A stretch of 63,616 bases of DNA, the filler included, from Basidiobolus ranarum (lineage: Eukaryota), in assembly GCA_040143965.1 (NCBI GenBank). It is 8 parts of 8 records of this genome, joined end to end, with 100 filler letters (N's around TTAATTAATTAA, not from the genome) between each part and the next. Parts side by side here need not be neighbours in the genome. Positions count along the whole stretch, not along the records: positions 55,791 to 63,616 come from JASJQH010007932.1; 7 more parts are not named here. One strand, given 5' to 3'. Of this stretch, positions 61,931 to 63,616 are shown in pieces (position 1 is the stretch's first letter; each line of letters opens with the position of its first letter). The notes under the pieces are model-generated. The model did no database searches. It saw only the letters and a program-made list of their open reading frames with translations, and was not told where the DNA came from. Position numbers and translations under genes: made by a program.

Positions 61931-63390
61931 TTAACATTCACCAGAAACTTCTTCCAGTGGCTTTCCCTTGGTTTCTGGAACCCAGAAAGTAGATAGGAAT
62001 CCTAGGAACATAATGGCTGCAAAGATACCAAGTGTTTGAGGGAGGAAGGCATGATCTCCATCCTTACCCCCAATTTCTACCAATTGGTTAAATCCAAATG
62101 TGACTATAAGAGCCCCAAGTTTATCTGAAGCAGCCGAGATACCATGGGCTGTAGAACGGAAACGCGTAGGGAAAACTTCCGAAGGAAGTACGAATGTGGT
62201 GGTATTAGGGCCAAAGTGAACAAGGCAATAAACAATGCAACCGCTGTATCCCGAATTTTGTAGAAACCAGCTGAGAGTACAATGAAGATGATTGTAAGGA
62301 AAGCAAAGCCCATCAACTGAATCTTGATGCGACCCATGCGTTCAATGAGGAATACAGTAAACCAGTAGCCTGGAACAGTGCCCATCAAAGATATGATTAA
62401 ATTTCCTGTGGCCTCGGTCCACATTGCGTCGTATGGTGAGAGTCCTTTGGAAGAATATCCAATAGCTTGCAATATATATGATTGATTGAGGGAAAGTCCA
62501 TAGAAAGCAATGTCAAGGAAAAACCAAGAGAGTGAAGTACCAAGTAAGACTTTAAGATTCTTCCATTGGCCAAAATACTGACTGAAAGTCAATTGGGATC
62601 CTCTACTGGCCTTTCCAACAGTATGCTGTGCCTCCATACTACCCTTCTCGCTCTCTCCTGATATTCCTTTCAAGTCCTCAGCTGCTTTCTCGGCGTCTCC
62701 ATTTACTTCTAAAGTATATCGTGGAGATTCAGGCATGGTCAAACGGAAGTACACGGTGAAAATGGCGGGGACACATCCAAATGCAAGCATCAGTCCCCAT
62801 ACATAATCAAAGTTATTTTGATCGGCACGAATAGCCCCTTGGAATATCGCTAACATTATAACGGTAAATAATCCTCCTACCAATATACCGGTTCCCTGTG
62901 AGGCGAAAACAGCAGCAATCATCATGCCTCGTCGCTTTGTGGAGGAAAATTCGGATGTAATGACTGCCGATACTGGATAGTCACCACCAATTCCAATACC
63001 AAGAATAAACCTCCAAAAGCCTAAAACTGCAATAACATTTACGCCTTTAACCCAAGAGCCAGCAATTGCGCAACAAATAGTAGCAAAAATGATGATAATC
63101 AACTCCGAGCCATACATTTTCTTTCTTCCTAGGCGGTCACCCAAGTAACCAAAGAGTAATTGCCCGATGAGAGTTCCAAAAGCTGTAGCACCTTTGAGTG
63201 GACCTTCATATTGCTTGGGGATCTTGTTATTGTTATTACTATAGTACACATATCCCATCATTGGTACAGCCAAGTTAATGATAAATATATCGTAGGCGTC
63301 GGTGAAAAAGCCAATTCCGGCAACAATAATGGCACGGAGATGCCAGCCCGTAAGTTTAGGCTCTTCGAGAGAATGGAGTTCACCTGGCAT
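61931..63390 (-). pseudogene. PHO84: Pho84-type phosphate:H+ symporter, frameshifted near 62210
   Basis: GFFTDAYDIF, GIGGDYPVSA and WFFLDIAFYG lie in the long ORF. The conserved FGPNTTTFVLPSEVFPTRFRSTAHGISAA...PETKGKPLEE continues in another frame to TAA at 61931. Confidence 0.85.
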
Positions 63391-63494
63391 CCTTTAGGTT
63401 TCTCTAACAAGTTGTATTCAACACCGATGGTAGCTATGCTCTCTTTTAAACCCTAGAAGTCTGATGTAGGAGTTATGAAATAGAACTAATTAAG

Positions 63495-63616
63495 ACATAG
63501 TAACCTTTTGCAACTAGAAGTATTGGTGTCTTTTACTTATTGATTAATGGAGTGGAAAGTTGACATTTACAGTTTTGTCAAAGGGTAAACAAAAAAACCA
63601 TGTGGAATATGTTCAT
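63495..63616 (-). mobile_element. Degenerate family A LTR fragment ~100 bp upstream of the PHO84-like gene
   Basis: TTACTTATTGATT...GAAAGTTGACATTTACAGTTTTGTCAA matches the reverse complement of the family A core. Confidence 0.7.

Overview
AT-rich, intron-containing fungal genomic DNA. Gene content and style suggest an early-diverging fungus, possibly Basidiobolus-like; this is inference, not verified. The window is not one locus. It is eight ~7.8-7.9 kb contigs in decreasing size order, joined by artificial 100-bp N/TTAATTAATTAA spacers, so gene neighbourhoods only mean something within a contig. Conserved genes: SulP sulfate permease, MET2, GGTase-I beta, ISU1, clathrin light chain, MAF1, an aquaglyceroporin and a DHA2 MFS transporter. 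Secreted proteins: an AA11-type LPMO, a hevein/CBM18 protein and a Gly/His/Lys-rich protein. Also present: an IQ-BAG co-chaperone behind an extended heat-shock-element array, a winged-helix + APSES regulator, a winged-helix + Cid1-like nucleotidyltransferase, two deletion-disrupted pseudogenes (PHO84-like, Gfo/Idh/MocA), many solo LTRs, and decayed copia and CACTA elements. The most striking feature is a 4-exon, ~1330-aa secreted protein (33797-38057): signal peptide, ~25 four-cysteine modules, dibasic KR sites, an intact-looking His-Me (Serratia/NucA-type) non-specific endonuclease and an acidic tail. A truncated paralogous copy lies just upstream. This architecture resembles a toxin or effector.
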